Shown here one piece after another: positions 37,165 through 48,045 of a DNA stretch of 64,000 nt (its first letter is position 1; every line of letters starts with the position of its first letter). The translations under genes and the position numbers were made by a program. A model generated the notes under the pieces. It worked only from the letters and a program-made list of their open reading frames with translations. It was not told where the DNA came from and searched no databases. The DNA is taken from NCBI GenBank assembly GCA_027320085.1, contig DAHVLZ010000019.1:87912-151911 (forward strand), read 5' to 3'. Source of the DNA: Pseudomonadota bacterium (GTDB lineage Bacteria; Pseudomonadota; Gammaproteobacteria; JAKAQQ01).

Positions 37165-37942
37165 CATAAACCAGAACCCCGTAGGCCGGGTTGTCGAAAT
37201 AGTTGATCCGCCCGGGACGGACCTGGTTGGCTTGGTGGATGGGGTAGACATTGAGGATCCATCGTGAAGACGGGTGCCGGGTCGGTTGTTGGCCCGCACC
37301 TGGCCGCTTCTTTGGGGTGGGGGCTGGTTTTCTTTCGACAAGAGCGGTATGGATCGCAATGTAGACGTGGCGTTGGACGGTGATTTTGACGGTACCGTAA
37401 ACCGTGGGCTTCCGGGGGGGCGTGGACAGCCTGCCCCGGGCCGGTACCGAAGTGCCCTTCCGGTGGGTGTGGATGGTCCCTCCGGAAACGGGGGGTTTTT
37501 CCTCCCGCCCGGGGTTGAGGGCGACGGGAATCGCCGAATCGAAATTGAGGGGAGGCTGGATCCAGGCCACCTTGAGCATGGGGGCGTAAAGGGCAGCGGC
37601 CCGGAGAGTGGCCCAGACGCGTTGCATGCGGGGTCCGAGAGAGGCCGGCCGGAAGGCGCTCACGCCTCTCTTGGATAGATGGAGGCCTTCCTGGATGAGT
37701 GCCTTGGGCAGACGATGGGACCACCGTTCATGGGCACCGGCATCGGGATCCAGGGTGCGAAACACAATGACCTGGACCCATTGATCCGGCGCAGGGACGG
37801 AGGGTGGCTGGGCCCGGGCGGCGCCCGCGGTCACCCCGGCCAGGAGGGCGAAGAGCGTGGGCAGGACGGAGTGCTTTGCGGTCAAGGTGGAGGCCTCATG
37901 GGGTTGCGGGCGAGCCTCCGAGTATTGTAAGGATTTCGTCAA
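37118..37942 (-). CDS. Periplasmic CsiV-family (peptidoglycan-binding-like) protein, hypothetical.
   Basis: It has a signal-peptide-like N-terminus. WVQVIVFRT and NYFDNPAYGVLVYV resemble CsiV family motifs. It overlaps the mfd 3' end by 47 nt, so the start is uncertain. Confidence 0.45.
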   Translation of the reverse strand: MTKSLQYSEARPQPHEASTLTAKHSVLPTLFALLAGVTAGAARAQPPSVPAPDQWVQVIVFRTLDPDAGAHERWSHRLPKALIQEGLHLSKRGVSAFRPASLGPRMQRVWATLRAAALYAPMLKVAWIQPPLNFDSAIPVALNPGREEKPPVSGGTIHTHRKGTSVPARGRLSTPPRKPTVYGTVKITVQRHVYIAIHTALVERKPAPTPKKRPGAGQQPTRHPSSRWILNVYPIHQANQVRPGRINYFDNPAYGVLVYVKAVPVTALPRPPPG

Positions 37943-40900
37943 TCCATTGGGTTCGTTCCAGAAGGCCCGGCAGGGGTTTCCGGTAGACCAGCCGAAGGGC
38001 GCCTTCCATGCGGTAGGCGGGTTTCTGGCGGTCCATCAGGCTCACGAGGTGGGCCGGGTCAATGTGCGGGTTCGGGCTGAAAACGATCCGACCGCCCGTG
38101 CCCGTGGTTTCGATGCGTTCGATTCCGAGGGCAGTTGCCCGCAGGCGGAAACCGGAGAGGAGAAAGAGCGTGGCCAGGGGTTCTGGAACGGGTCCGAACC
38201 GGTCCGAGAGCTCACTGCTCAGGCGCTCCAGGTCGGAGGGGCCGTCGATTGAGGCCAGCCGTTTGTAAAGGACCAGGCGCTGGTGGATGTCCGACACGTA
38301 GTTTTCCGGGATCAAGGCCGGCTCGTGGAGGTCGATTTCCGTCCTCCGGAAATCGACCATGATGGCCGGTTGGGCTGTGCCGGATTTCAGCGACTGGACG
38401 GCTTCCCGGACATATTCGGTATACAGGCTGAATCCCACCGCTTCGATCTCTCCGCTCTGGGCCTGGCCCAATAACTCGCCGGCACCGCGGATCTCGAGGT
38501 CCTGCATGGCGAGCAGGAGTCCCGATCCCAGGGCATCGAAGCGGGTGAGCGTTTCCAGGCGTTTTTCCGCGTCGTCGGCCAGCGCTTCGAGCGAGTGGAC
38601 GCAGAGGTAGGCGTAAGCCCGGTGGGCGGAGCGGCCGACCCGGCCCCGGAGCTGGTGCAGCTCAGCCAGACCGAAACGGTCGGCTTCGTGGATGAGCATG
38701 GTATTGGCCGTGGGAATGTCGATTCCGCTTTCGATGATCTTGGTCGAAACGAGAACGCTGAAACGGTGATGGTAGAAATCCGACATGGTCTGCTCGAGTG
38801 CGCGTTCCGGCATCTGTCCGTGGGCCTGCCGGACCATTCCAGCCGGGGCCCAGCGGGCGATTTCCCGAGCCAGGTCTTCGATACCCCGGATTCTTGGAGT
38901 CACGACATAGACCTGTCCACCGCGCTGCAGCTCGCGACCCAGGGCTTCCTGGAGGATGGCCGGCTTCCATTCGGTGAGGAAGGTCTGGACGGGCAGGCGA
39001 TCCTTGGGCGGTGTGGAAATGATGCTCAAGGACCGAAGTCCGCCCAAGGCCATGTTGAGGGTCCGGGGGATCGGTGTGGCCGTGAGGGTGAGTGTGTGGA
39101 CGTCCTGCTTGAAACGGGCCAGAAGCTCCTTCTGGCGGACGCCGAAGCGGTGTTCTTCGTCAATGAGGATGAGCCCGAGGCGCTTGAAATCGAGCCGGGC
39201 CGTGAGGAGCTTGTGGGTGCCGATCAGGATGTCGATCTCGCCCGCGGCGAGTTTCTCCCGGATCTGCGCCTGCTCTCGTGCGCCCCGGAACCGGGACAGC
39301 ATCTCGACTGTGATCGACCAGTTCGCGAAACGGTCGCTGAACGAGTCCAGGTGCTGCTGGGCGAGGAGCGTCGTGGGAACGAGGACCACGACCTGGTAGC
39401 CGGCTTCGACCGCCACCCAGGCGGCCCTGAGGGCGACTTCGGTCTTGCCGAATCCGACATCGCCGCAGACCACCCGGTTCATCGGGGTTGGGGACTTGAG
39501 ATCGTCCATGACCTCCCGGATGGCCTGGGCCTGGTCCGGGGTCTCCTCGAAGGGAAACTCCAGGGCGAAGCGTTCGTAGGAGACGGGATCCCACTCGAGA
39601 ACGGGAGCCTGTGCCAGCTGACGCTGGGCATGGGTTTCGAGCAGTTCCACGGCCACGTCGTGCGCCCGCTTCCGGGCGTCCCGCTTGGCTTTTTCCCATT
39701 GACCGCTTCCCAGCCGATGCCAGGGGGCCTGATCGGGGTCCCCTCCGAGGTAGGGGCTGACCAAGTGAAGCGAGGCAATGGGGACATAGAGGCGGTCGCC
39801 CCCCCAGTACTCGAGATGCAGAAACTCTCCGGCAACGCCGTCGACTTCGAGATGCACGAGTCCCCGGTAACGTCCGATGCCTTGCATTTCGTGGATGACG
39901 GGTGCTCCGGGAGAGAGGGTCTTGAAGTCCTCGATCCGCGCGAGCCATTGCTGGGCGGTTCTGGATTCAGGACTCCGGACGGGGGGGCTCGTCCAGATCT
40001 CGTTTTCGGTGAAAACGGCGACGCCGGCCTCCGGCCAGAGAAAACCTTCCTCGATCGGGGCCTGGAGGAGGGCCCAGGGTGCCGGGCCCGAGAGGAACGA
40101 GTCCCAGTCGCGGGCGAGGGCCGGGGGCGGCGGGGGTCCCTTCGCGAACAGCCGGGTCAGGGTCTCCCGACGGCCCGGCGAGGCTGCCACGACGAGGCCC
40201 CGAAGACGCGTGAGGTCCAGATAAGACCAGAGATGTTGCGCGAGGCGGTCCTGCTCGGTCCTCGGAATCCGCAACGACGGTGGAATGGGTTCGGCCATCC
40301 CCCGTCCGATGGGCTCCCCGTCTGTATCGATCGAGCATCCGATCTCCTCGAAGGGCAATAACCGTCCGGCCAGCTCCAATGCGCCGGCGTAGGCCTCGCC
40401 GGGAGGCAGGGGGGGCAGGTCGAGTGCGTTTTTCCGCTGGTCATGGAGGGTTAACGTACGGGTTTGGGCTTCCTCGAGGGCCAGGCGGGAGCCGGGTGCC
40501 CACAGGATGCGCGTCGTCGGGTGGCAGTAATCCAAAAGGTGAAAGGGGTTCTCGAAGAAAAGGGGCAGGTAGGCCTCGAGTCCTTCAACCGGGCCACCCT
40601 CGCTCACCGCGCGGTAGACCCCATAGGTTTGAGGGGAGCCTTCGAAATGTTCGCGGAACTTCAGGCGGAAGTGCCGGATGGAATCCTCGTTGAGAAGCAC
40701 CTCGCGTGCAGGCAGGAGAACAATGCGGTCCAGGCGTTCGAGGGTGAGTTGACTTTCCGGATCGAAACTGCGCAGGGAATCAATCACGAGGTCATTGAGC
40801 TCGATCCGGTAGGGGACGGAGGCGGTCGGTGCGAACAGGTCCAGAATCGAACCCCGGATGGCCATTTCCCCCGGCCCGCGGACAATGCCCGTCGCACGGT

Positions 40901-41495
40901 ATCCCGCCTGCTCCAGGCGCGTTCTCAGGCTTTCCAGATCCAGTGTTTCCCCGACGGTGAGAAGCAGGCTGGTCTGGTCGAGAAAGGTCGGTGGGGGTAG
41001 TCGTTCACCGAGCGCGCTGGCGGATGCCAGGAGAAGCCGGATGCGTCCCAGGCGGAGTTCGGAGAGGGTCATGAGTCGCTCCGCAATGATTTCCGGTGCC
41101 GGCGAAAAGAGATCGTAAGGAAGGATTTCCCGGTCGGGAAAAGTGCGGAGCCGGCCTTGGAGACGGCCCTGGCTCAGGTAGTCGAGTTCACGGGTCAGAT
41201 GCGCGGTGGCTTCGTTGGAGGGGGAGACGACGAGCCAGGGCCTCTCATCCTGCCCCAGAGCCTCGAGGATCCGGACGGCCAGGAAGGAACCGGCCATTCC
41301 CAGCCAGCGGGATTTTGCACCCGCCACCCGTTCGCCGGCCCGGCCCGGCGGCGGGCCGGCGGCTTTGACAGCTCCGGGTTTCACGGCCCGGAGGAGCCCG
41401 CGTTCACGATGGGGGGATGGGCGAGCCTCGAGGGCCCGGAATCCCGCCGTGCCTCCCGGTATCGGGAGGCACGGGATCCCCGGGCGGCTGCCCAC
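37896..41495 (-). CDS. mfd: Transcription-repair coupling factor.
   Basis: It is 1199 aa. The helicase motif I region GDVGFGKTEVALRAAW is present, followed by DEEHRFGV and a TRG/TRCF C-terminal domain. Confidence 0.9.
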   Translation of the reverse strand: MGSRPGIPCLPIPGGTAGFRALEARPSPHRERGLLRAVKPGAVKAAGPPPGRAGERVAGAKSRWLGMAGSFLAVRILEALGQDERPWLVVSPSNEATAHLTRELDYLSQGRLQGRLRTFPDREILPYDLFSPAPEIIAERLMTLSELRLGRIRLLLASASALGERLPPPTFLDQTSLLLTVGETLDLESLRTRLEQAGYRATGIVRGPGEMAIRGSILDLFAPTASVPYRIELNDLVIDSLRSFDPESQLTLERLDRIVLLPAREVLLNEDSIRHFRLKFREHFEGSPQTYGVYRAVSEGGPVEGLEAYLPLFFENPFHLLDYCHPTTRILWAPGSRLALEEAQTRTLTLHDQRKNALDLPPLPPGEAYAGALELAGRLLPFEEIGCSIDTDGEPIGRGMAEPIPPSLRIPRTEQDRLAQHLWSYLDLTRLRGLVVAASPGRRETLTRLFAKGPPPPPALARDWDSFLSGPAPWALLQAPIEEGFLWPEAGVAVFTENEIWTSPPVRSPESRTAQQWLARIEDFKTLSPGAPVIHEMQGIGRYRGLVHLEVDGVAGEFLHLEYWGGDRLYVPIASLHLVSPYLGGDPDQAPWHRLGSGQWEKAKRDARKRAHDVAVELLETHAQRQLAQAPVLEWDPVSYERFALEFPFEETPDQAQAIREVMDDLKSPTPMNRVVCGDVGFGKTEVALRAAWVAVEAGYQVVVLVPTTLLAQQHLDSFSDRFANWSITVEMLSRFRGAREQAQIREKLAAGEIDILIGTHKLLTARLDFKRLGLILIDEEHRFGVRQKELLARFKQDVHTLTLTATPIPRTLNMALGGLRSLSIISTPPKDRLPVQTFLTEWKPAILQEALGRELQRGGQVYVVTPRIRGIEDLAREIARWAPAGMVRQAHGQMPERALEQTMSDFYHHRFSVLVSTKIIESGIDIPTANTMLIHEADRFGLAELHQLRGRVGRSAHRAYAYLCVHSLEALADDAEKRLETLTRFDALGSGLLLAMQDLEIRGAGELLGQAQSGEIEAVGFSLYTEYVREAVQSLKSGTAQPAIMVDFRRTEIDLHEPALIPENYVSDIHQRLVLYKRLASIDGPSDLERLSSELSDRFGPVPEPLATLFLLSGFRLRATALGIERIETTGTGGRIVFSPNPHIDPAHLVSLMDRQKPAYRMEGALRLVYRKPLPGLLERTQWIDEILTILGGSPATP

Positions 41496-41507
41496 TCCCG
41501 CCGGTCG

Positions 41508-44500
41508 TCAGCGGGTTCGGTGCGTGTGAGACGGATGGGCATGGGGGAGGGGGGGGTAGGCGGGTAGCCAGGGTGGTTTGGGGGCCCGAGGCACGGGATG
41601 GGTCTTGAGTTTCCGCATCAGGTAGGAAACCGCGGTCAGGAGCTGTGCATCCTGGCCCCGACGGAGTTGGCCCGGTTCGTCGTGGACCACGATATTGGGC
41701 CTGACCCCATAGTTTTCCACCGTCCATTGGCCGTGGCGGTTGTAGAGGGCGATCTCGGAAACCACGAGGGTGCCGCCATCCTCCAGGGGCAGGGGCCGGA
41801 AATAGCCCCGCACGCCTCCCCAGGTCCGGCTGCCGATGACGGGCCCCAGATGGTATTTCTCGAATTCGTAGGCAAAAATGTCACCGTCCGATGCGGATCC
41901 ATGGTTGACCAGAGCCGCGAGGTAACCGGGGAAGACGTTCGCGGGAACCCGGAACACCCCGCGCTCCCGGTCGATGAAATAAGCCACGAGACGGCGGGTC
42001 AGCCGGTCGAACAGCATGTCATCGATGAACCCGCCGGTATTCCAGCGTTCGTCGATGATGAGGGCCTTTTTGTGCAGCTGATGATAGAACTGGCGGATGA
42101 ACTCATTGAGTCCCATCCCCCCCATGTTGGCGAGGTAGAGATAGCCGATCCGCCCGTGGGAAAGCCGCCGGACCAGGTGACGGTTGTGGCGGATCCAGGC
42201 CAGGAGATGGAGCTTCGTCTGGTTGGCGATGGGCCGGACCCGGATGACCCAGCTGTCGCGGGAGGCGCCTGTTTTGCTCAGACGAAGTCGGAGGGTATGC
42301 CCGACCGTATGTTCGAGGAGCGCGTAGGGATTGGTCGGCCCGCGCAGCGGAGTCCCGTTGATGGCGAGGAGGAAATCTCCCCGGTGAACCCGAAGCCCGG
42401 GCTGGGCCAGCGGGGCGGTGTAGTTTTTGAGGGTGTTGTTGCCGTGAAAGATGCGGACGATCCGGTAGCGGTCATTGTGTCGATCGAGCGCGAGGTGGGC
42501 ACCCAAAAGCCCGGTGGGGACTGCTGGCACCTGAAGTCCGGTATCGCCTCCGAAAACGAACATGTGAGATTCATCCAGGGAACCGATCATGTTGCCGATG
42601 AGGTAGTTCAGGTCCTGTCGTGTGGCCACGAGGGGGAGCAGCCGGGCATAGCGTTCACCGATGCGTTTCCAGTTGTGACCGTTGAAACTGGGATTGACGA
42701 AGTAGGCACGGACCTTGCGCCAGGCGGACCAGTAGATCTCGTGCCATTCCGTGGCGGGCCGGATCCGGATCCAGAGCTGGTGGAGGGGAACCGGCCGGGG
42801 GTGGAGCGGAGCGGGTACGGCCGGGACTTCAAAAAAGTGGGGTCCTGCCGCATAGAGCAGGAATTGGCCGTTGTGGCTCAGGACGAACGACGAGGGCCCC
42901 TTGAGCCACTCCCGGCCCGAGCGCCGGCGCAGCGAAAAGCGGTCGATGGCGGGAGGAGTGACCGGAAGCGGGCCATTGACGGTGGGGAGCGGCTGCACTT
43001 CGTAGTAAAGCGCCGTCCGGGTGGCCGCCAGTTCGGAGATATCGGCGGGTGGAACGGGCAGTTGGACCACACGGTCGATGGCCTTGTGCCAATCGATCGT
43101 GAGCCGCTTGGCTTTTGGCTTTTTCTTGGCGCCGGGTCGGGGGACCACAGGGTGCGGGACGGGAGGATGCGGTGGGTGGCTTCCCCGGATCGCGAGCGGG
43201 GAGGGGATGGCGGGGTTGAGCGTCATGGCATACAGGCCGTCCGCATCGACCACGGCAAAATTCATGCCCGTGGCGCTGAGCGCGGGATTGGTATGGCGTG
43301 CCGAAACAAAGTAGAGGTAGCGTCCGGCGGGATCGAAAACCGGATCGCTGTCTGAGGCGTATCCTCGTGTGACTGGATGCACATGATTGTTTGTCAGGTG
43401 ATTGAGCCAGATGACGCCCAGACCATTCCGTCCGGCCCGGCTGTAGGCCAGCCATTGTGAGTCGGGCGACCAGGAATAGTCGTGGATCCAGCTATAGCGG
43501 TCCTGGGTGATCCGCACGAGCTTTCGGGTGTCCACATTGACCCGCCAGAGCCGCCTCGCGCTGTCGGCAAAGGCGATCCAGCGGCTGTTCGGCGACCAGA
43601 GCGGTCCGTAGAGGTGGGCGGTCCTGAAATGGGTGAGGATCCGGACCCGGTGCGGATAGGTGAGCGACCGGATCGCGATTTCGCTGTGACCGGTCTGGTC
43701 GGTGACGTAGGCCACCCATTTCCCGCTCGGGGACGCGACCGGCATGGTGAGATCGGCCCGGGAGGTGGGAATCAGGTTTTCCGTGGTGCCGTGGTGCAAC
43801 GGGACCCGGAACAGATGGCCGCGGGCGCCGAAAAAGGCGATCCGGCCGCGGCTGGACAGACTGTAGCTCTGGATCGACTTCCAGGCCTTGATCCACACCG
43901 GGTGGCGACGGACGCCGTCCAGAGGGAGACGGACGTGCACCCGGACGAGCCGGTGGGTGGGCAGCTCATAGCAGTAGAGATGGCCTCCGTCCTGGAAGAC
44001 GATGCCGGTATTGCCGAGGCTCGGCCAGTCGATGTCATAGCGGTGGAAGAAGGTCAACTGTCGCTTGTGCCCCGTGGCCAGATTGTCGGACCAGAGGTTG
44101 AGCACGCCCGTGGGGCCGCGATCGGAGGCGTAGTAGAGATGGCGGTGTCCCCATAGGGGAAAAGTCGATGTGCCCGGCCAGCGGGTGATGGCACGGATCC
44201 GACCGCTCCGGAAGTGGTAAATCCAGATTTTCTGGGCCCAGCCGCCCCGGTAGTGTTTCCGGTGAAAGCTCTGGTTGCGATAGAGCTTGTTATAAGCGAC
44301 CCTGTGGCCGTGGGGGCTCAGGGCCAAAGGTCCACTCCATGGCAGCGGGAGGGGACGGGCCAGGCCGCCTGTCACCGGTACCGTGAAGGCTTTGAGGTAT
44401 TCGGGGCTGGTGCTGTCACGACGCGAGAGAAAGATGACCCGGTGGCTCGTGGGCGTCCATCCCACGACCAGACCGGGGCGGTAGGTCAGACGGCGAGCAT

Positions 44501-44837
44501 AGCCTCCGTGTGCCGGAATCAGGTAAACATCCGCACTGCCTTCGTACCAGCCGGTGAAGGCAATCCAGCGTCCGTTGGGTGAAAACAAGGGATGGCTGTC
44601 ATAGCCGGTATCCGCCGTGAGACGAATGGCGGTCCCGCCCGCGAGTTTGACCTCCCACAGGTTGCCTGCCGCCTCGAAGACGATGCTCTGGTTGTGGATG
44701 GTGGGAAACCGGATCAGGGCCCGGATGGCCCCGAAGGCGGGCAGGTTGAGGCTGATCCATGCGCATGCCATGGCGAACGCCACGGCTTTCCAGTAACGGA
44801 CAGGACTGGACATAGGGGGGGTCTCCCGGAAGATCAC
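41508..44837 (-). CDS. Tricorn protease homologue (beta-propeller plus S41 peptidase).
   Basis: It is 1109 aa. An N-terminal signal or anchor is followed by WD40/TolB-like repeats. A C-terminal S41 domain includes GYLYLANMGGMG and LIIDERWNTGGF. Confidence 0.8.
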   Translation of the reverse strand: MIFRETPPMSSPVRYWKAVAFAMACAWISLNLPAFGAIRALIRFPTIHNQSIVFEAAGNLWEVKLAGGTAIRLTADTGYDSHPLFSPNGRWIAFTGWYEGSADVYLIPAHGGYARRLTYRPGLVVGWTPTSHRVIFLSRRDSTSPEYLKAFTVPVTGGLARPLPLPWSGPLALSPHGHRVAYNKLYRNQSFHRKHYRGGWAQKIWIYHFRSGRIRAITRWPGTSTFPLWGHRHLYYASDRGPTGVLNLWSDNLATGHKRQLTFFHRYDIDWPSLGNTGIVFQDGGHLYCYELPTHRLVRVHVRLPLDGVRRHPVWIKAWKSIQSYSLSSRGRIAFFGARGHLFRVPLHHGTTENLIPTSRADLTMPVASPSGKWVAYVTDQTGHSEIAIRSLTYPHRVRILTHFRTAHLYGPLWSPNSRWIAFADSARRLWRVNVDTRKLVRITQDRYSWIHDYSWSPDSQWLAYSRAGRNGLGVIWLNHLTNNHVHPVTRGYASDSDPVFDPAGRYLYFVSARHTNPALSATGMNFAVVDADGLYAMTLNPAIPSPLAIRGSHPPHPPVPHPVVPRPGAKKKPKAKRLTIDWHKAIDRVVQLPVPPADISELAATRTALYYEVQPLPTVNGPLPVTPPAIDRFSLRRRSGREWLKGPSSFVLSHNGQFLLYAAGPHFFEVPAVPAPLHPRPVPLHQLWIRIRPATEWHEIYWSAWRKVRAYFVNPSFNGHNWKRIGERYARLLPLVATRQDLNYLIGNMIGSLDESHMFVFGGDTGLQVPAVPTGLLGAHLALDRHNDRYRIVRIFHGNNTLKNYTAPLAQPGLRVHRGDFLLAINGTPLRGPTNPYALLEHTVGHTLRLRLSKTGASRDSWVIRVRPIANQTKLHLLAWIRHNRHLVRRLSHGRIGYLYLANMGGMGLNEFIRQFYHQLHKKALIIDERWNTGGFIDDMLFDRLTRRLVAYFIDRERGVFRVPANVFPGYLAALVNHGSASDGDIFAYEFEKYHLGPVIGSRTWGGVRGYFRPLPLEDGGTLVVSEIALYNRHGQWTVENYGVRPNIVVHDEPGQLRRGQDAQLLTAVSYLMRKLKTHPVPRAPKPPWLPAYPPLPHAHPSHTHRTR

Positions 44838-45013
44838 CTTATTTTAATCAGGAAAAGGCGTTCACCACGATCTCAGGGGAGGCCAAGGCCGGGAGGCGGG
44901 AGCGGGATGCGGGGGGTCGGATCATGGGATTTCTCGGGTAATGGACACGGACAGCCCCACCGGTCCAAAATAACGGCACAGGTTTTCGTTATCGCAGATC
45001 TCCACTTCTGTCC

Positions 45014-45703
45014 ATGACCCAGAGGATCGCCCCCGTGAAAAGATCGCTTCTTGCCATGACCGGTGTCCTGTGTGTGGCCTTGGCCTCCTGTGCCACCGAA
45101 CATCCGGCTCCGCCCAAGGCGAAACCGGCCCCCCACGTGACCCAGGCACTGCCCAGTTCATCGACCAGCCTGCGGGCGGCTCAGGCGCTGGCGGCGCGGC
45201 AGCGACGCCAGGCCGCCTTTCGGGCCTGGATGAAAAGCCATCCCGGCCTGGCGTACCGGTCGGTGTATTTCAACTTCAACCGGTCCCGTGTCCACAATCG
45301 TTACGAAAAGATGCTCAAGGCACAGGCCCAGTACCTGTTTGCGCATGCCCGGGCGGTTGTCCGGCTGGAAGGCAACTGCGATGAACGCGGGACGGTCGGC
45401 TACAACCTGGCACTGGGCCAGAAACGGGCCCATGCCGTGGCTGAACTGCTCGAATCCCTGGGGACCAACCCGGCCCAGGTCGAAATTGTGAGCTACGGCA
45501 AGCAACGCCCCGTGGCGCAGGGCAACAACCCGGCAGCCTGGGCCGTGAACCGCCGTGTGGACATCGTCTATATGCGCAGGCCACCCAAGGGGTGCGTGCC
45601 GGTCTTGCCGGCAAAGGACCGGTCGAAGTCCCGTCACTGGCGGATGCGCGAACTCAGTCGCCTCAAGAACCGCCTGTGTCAGGGAGCCACTTTTTCGAAG
45701 TAA
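45014..45703 (+). CDS. OmpA-family peptidoglycan-associated lipoprotein (Pal-like).
   Basis: It has the lipobox LASC. The OmpA C-terminal domain reads NFNRSRV...RLEGNCDERGTVGYNLALGQKRAHAV...NRRVDIVY. Confidence 0.8.
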   Translation: MTQRIAPVKRSLLAMTGVLCVALASCATEHPAPPKAKPAPHVTQALPSSSTSLRAAQALAARQRRQAAFRAWMKSHPGLAYRSVYFNFNRSRVHNRYEKMLKAQAQYLFAHARAVVRLEGNCDERGTVGYNLALGQKRAHAVAELLESLGTNPAQVEIVSYGKQRPVAQGNNPAAWAVNRRVDIVYMRRPPKGCVPVLPAKDRSKSRHWRMRELSRLKNRLCQGATFSK

Positions 45704-45736
45704 ATCAAAACCCGAAGGAACACCGCACGGCAGGTA

Positions 45737-46075
45737 TCAGGACGGGGGAGGGGCTGCTCGGATATCGGGCATCTCCTCCACCGTCCGGATGAGGGGTTTG
45801 CCCCAGCCCGGATGAACCAGGAGTTCTCCCCGCTGCCGGTGGAGCCCGTCCGGGGAAAAATCGAATTCGTACCGCCGCACGAGGGCCCAACCGCGGGCCG
45901 TGCGGCTCAGGCGAAGTGATTTCAGGCTCACGGTTTCGTCCAGGAACTGCCAGCCCATCTCTTCGCAATACTGGCGACCGTACGCGGCCAAGGCGGCCTT
46001 GCGGTCGGTCTGGCCGATCACCGAAAGCGTGACGGCCGCCCCGACGGCGAGCCCGATCAAGCCCAGAAGCGTCAT
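45737..46075 (-). CDS. Small membrane-anchored hypothetical protein (DUF3301-like).
   Basis: It is 112 aa with an N-terminal transmembrane helix. Confidence 0.4.
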   Translation of the reverse strand: MTLLGLIGLAVGAAVTLSVIGQTDRKAALAAYGRQYCEEMGWQFLDETVSLKSLRLSRTARGWALVRRYEFDFSPDGLHRQRGELLVHPGWGKPLIRTVEEMPDIRAAPPPS

Positions 46076-46147
46076 CCGGAAGTCCTGTTTTCGTCTCCAC
46101 CCAAGGCTAGCACAGGCCCGGGGCGGGCGAGCCGCCTACGGGCCCGC

Positions 46148-47776
46148 CTACGGGCCGACCTCGTAAGCCGTTTCCGGACGCCTGTGCAGGTCGTGGGTGA
46201 TGGCCGTGAACACGGCCTGGGTATGATCCCGGTCCAGACTGTTCCACAGGGCCAAGGCGAGAATGACGAGGCTCCACGCCGCGACGAGGAGGTTGCAGTT
46301 CAGGAAACTGAGGAGGTGGATTCCCCCCAGGCGGGCCGGCCCGAGCCAGGTGAGCCCCCAGAGTCCGCCGAAATAGGGAACCAGCCACAGGGCATGAAAA
46401 GCGTTCAGGGGAGGGACGGGCCGGCGACGCCCATATTTCTGGAACGCGTAGTAAGCCATGTAGATCGTGAACAGGCCGAGCAGGATTCCGAAGACGTAGC
46501 TGTCCGTTTTGAATCCGGTCCAGACAATGATCCAGTTGGCGACGATGAAGGCGATGGGGGCGATGACCCAGGCCCAGCGCAGACGGAAACGGCGTTCCAG
46601 GTCCGGCAGGCGTTTGCGTAACTGGAGCAGGACCACGGGCCCGATGCCGTAAGACAGGACGGTTGAGGAGGAAATCACGGCGACCAGCTTCTGCCAGGAC
46701 GGGAAGGGGAACAGGAAGATCGCACCAATCACGAACGTCGCAATGAGGGCCGCCCACGGGACCCCCCGTGCGCTGATCAGGGTGAGCCGGCTTGGGCCCG
46801 ATCCCACCTCACCGGTGGCCATGAGGATGCGGGAGGTGGTCGTGGTGTAAATGAAGGCCGTGCCGGTGGGAGAGACCACGGCATTGAGATAAATGAAATA
46901 ACTCCACCAGACCGCACCCGCCGCGACCACCATGGTGGCCAGTGGCCCGGCGGATCCCTTGAACCGGAGTCCGGCCCATCCGTCCTTCAGGATCAGGGCC
47001 GGGTTGATCGAGCCCAGGATCGCGTATTGCAATCCGACGTAAATGAGGGTGGAAATGATGACGGAACCGACGACCGCGAACGGAATGTTGCGGCGGGGAT
47101 CCTGGGTCTCCCCGGCCAGGTCGATCGCCTGACGGAACCCCAGAAAGCTGAAAATGATCCCGGCCGTGGCCACCGAGGTGAAAAGCCCGTCACGCGGAGT
47201 GCTCTGGAGCGCGAGGGTGAGATTGCCGGGATGAAAGGAGAAGGACAAGAGGACCGCGATCGTCACGATCGCGATCAGGATTTTCCACCAGGTGGCGGTG
47301 CTGTTGATGAACAGAACCCACCGGATGGCGAGGAAATTCATGGCTACGATGAGCGCGAGCAGGACGATCGAGATTCCGTAGCCCCATTCGGTCAGAAGAT
47401 GCTGGGGGCCGTGGACGAGGCCGGGAAAGTAGTTGTTGGCATAGTACAGGACCGCGAGCACCTCGACCGGGGGTACCGTCACGTAGGCCAGAAACAGGAT
47501 CCAGCTCCAGATGCGTCCGACCAGTTCGCCGTGACTCAGGTGGCTCAGGTGAACCAGAACGCCGCTTTTGGGGACGAGAATGGCCAGTTCGGCGAAGACG
47601 AACGCGAGGAGCAGGACGGCGATGGCGCCGATCAGCCACGACCCGATGCTCCAGGGACCGGCCAGCTGCATGGCCAGAAAGGGTCCCAAAAGCCAGCCGG
47701 ATCCGATGATCCCGGAGACACTCGAATAGAGCAACCCGATCCGACCCGCATCCCGTTTCAGGCGGTGTTGGGTCAC
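46148..47776 (-). CDS. APC-superfamily amino acid permease.
   Basis: It is 542 aa with about 12 predicted transmembrane segments. The N-terminal signature LLYSSVSGIIGSGWLLGP fits the family. Confidence 0.8.
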   Translation of the reverse strand: MTQHRLKRDAGRIGLLYSSVSGIIGSGWLLGPFLAMQLAGPWSIGSWLIGAIAVLLLAFVFAELAILVPKSGVLVHLSHLSHGELVGRIWSWILFLAYVTVPPVEVLAVLYYANNYFPGLVHGPQHLLTEWGYGISIVLLALIVAMNFLAIRWVLFINSTATWWKILIAIVTIAVLLSFSFHPGNLTLALQSTPRDGLFTSVATAGIIFSFLGFRQAIDLAGETQDPRRNIPFAVVGSVIISTLIYVGLQYAILGSINPALILKDGWAGLRFKGSAGPLATMVVAAGAVWWSYFIYLNAVVSPTGTAFIYTTTTSRILMATGEVGSGPSRLTLISARGVPWAALIATFVIGAIFLFPFPSWQKLVAVISSSTVLSYGIGPVVLLQLRKRLPDLERRFRLRWAWVIAPIAFIVANWIIVWTGFKTDSYVFGILLGLFTIYMAYYAFQKYGRRRPVPPLNAFHALWLVPYFGGLWGLTWLGPARLGGIHLLSFLNCNLLVAAWSLVILALALWNSLDRDHTQAVFTAITHDLHRRPETAYEVGP

Positions 47777-48045
47777 GAGGTGCCCGAAAGGATGGGGGCA
47801 GGGGGCCTGCCGGATGATCCCGCTTGTGGGTGGCGATTCCTTCCCCGGCTGAGAATGGCTGTCCGCTCGTGGGCTTTGGAGACTCCGGACCTGCCGGGAC
47901 CGGGAAGCGGATCCTTGCTTGCGGGGCGGTTCAAGGCTCCAGACATGGAAAAAACCGGAAGTCCGATTCGTTACAATAGTTCTACCTATTGTAACCAGAA
48001 GATTCCCTCACCGCCGGATTCCCGGCGGAGGGGCGGAGGTCTCAG

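Noticed and set aside
38595-43355. Long plus-strand ORFs 38595..40361 and 41598..43355.
   Set aside because: They are antisense frames inside mfd and the tricorn protease. They are Gly/Asp/Arg-rich with no motifs.
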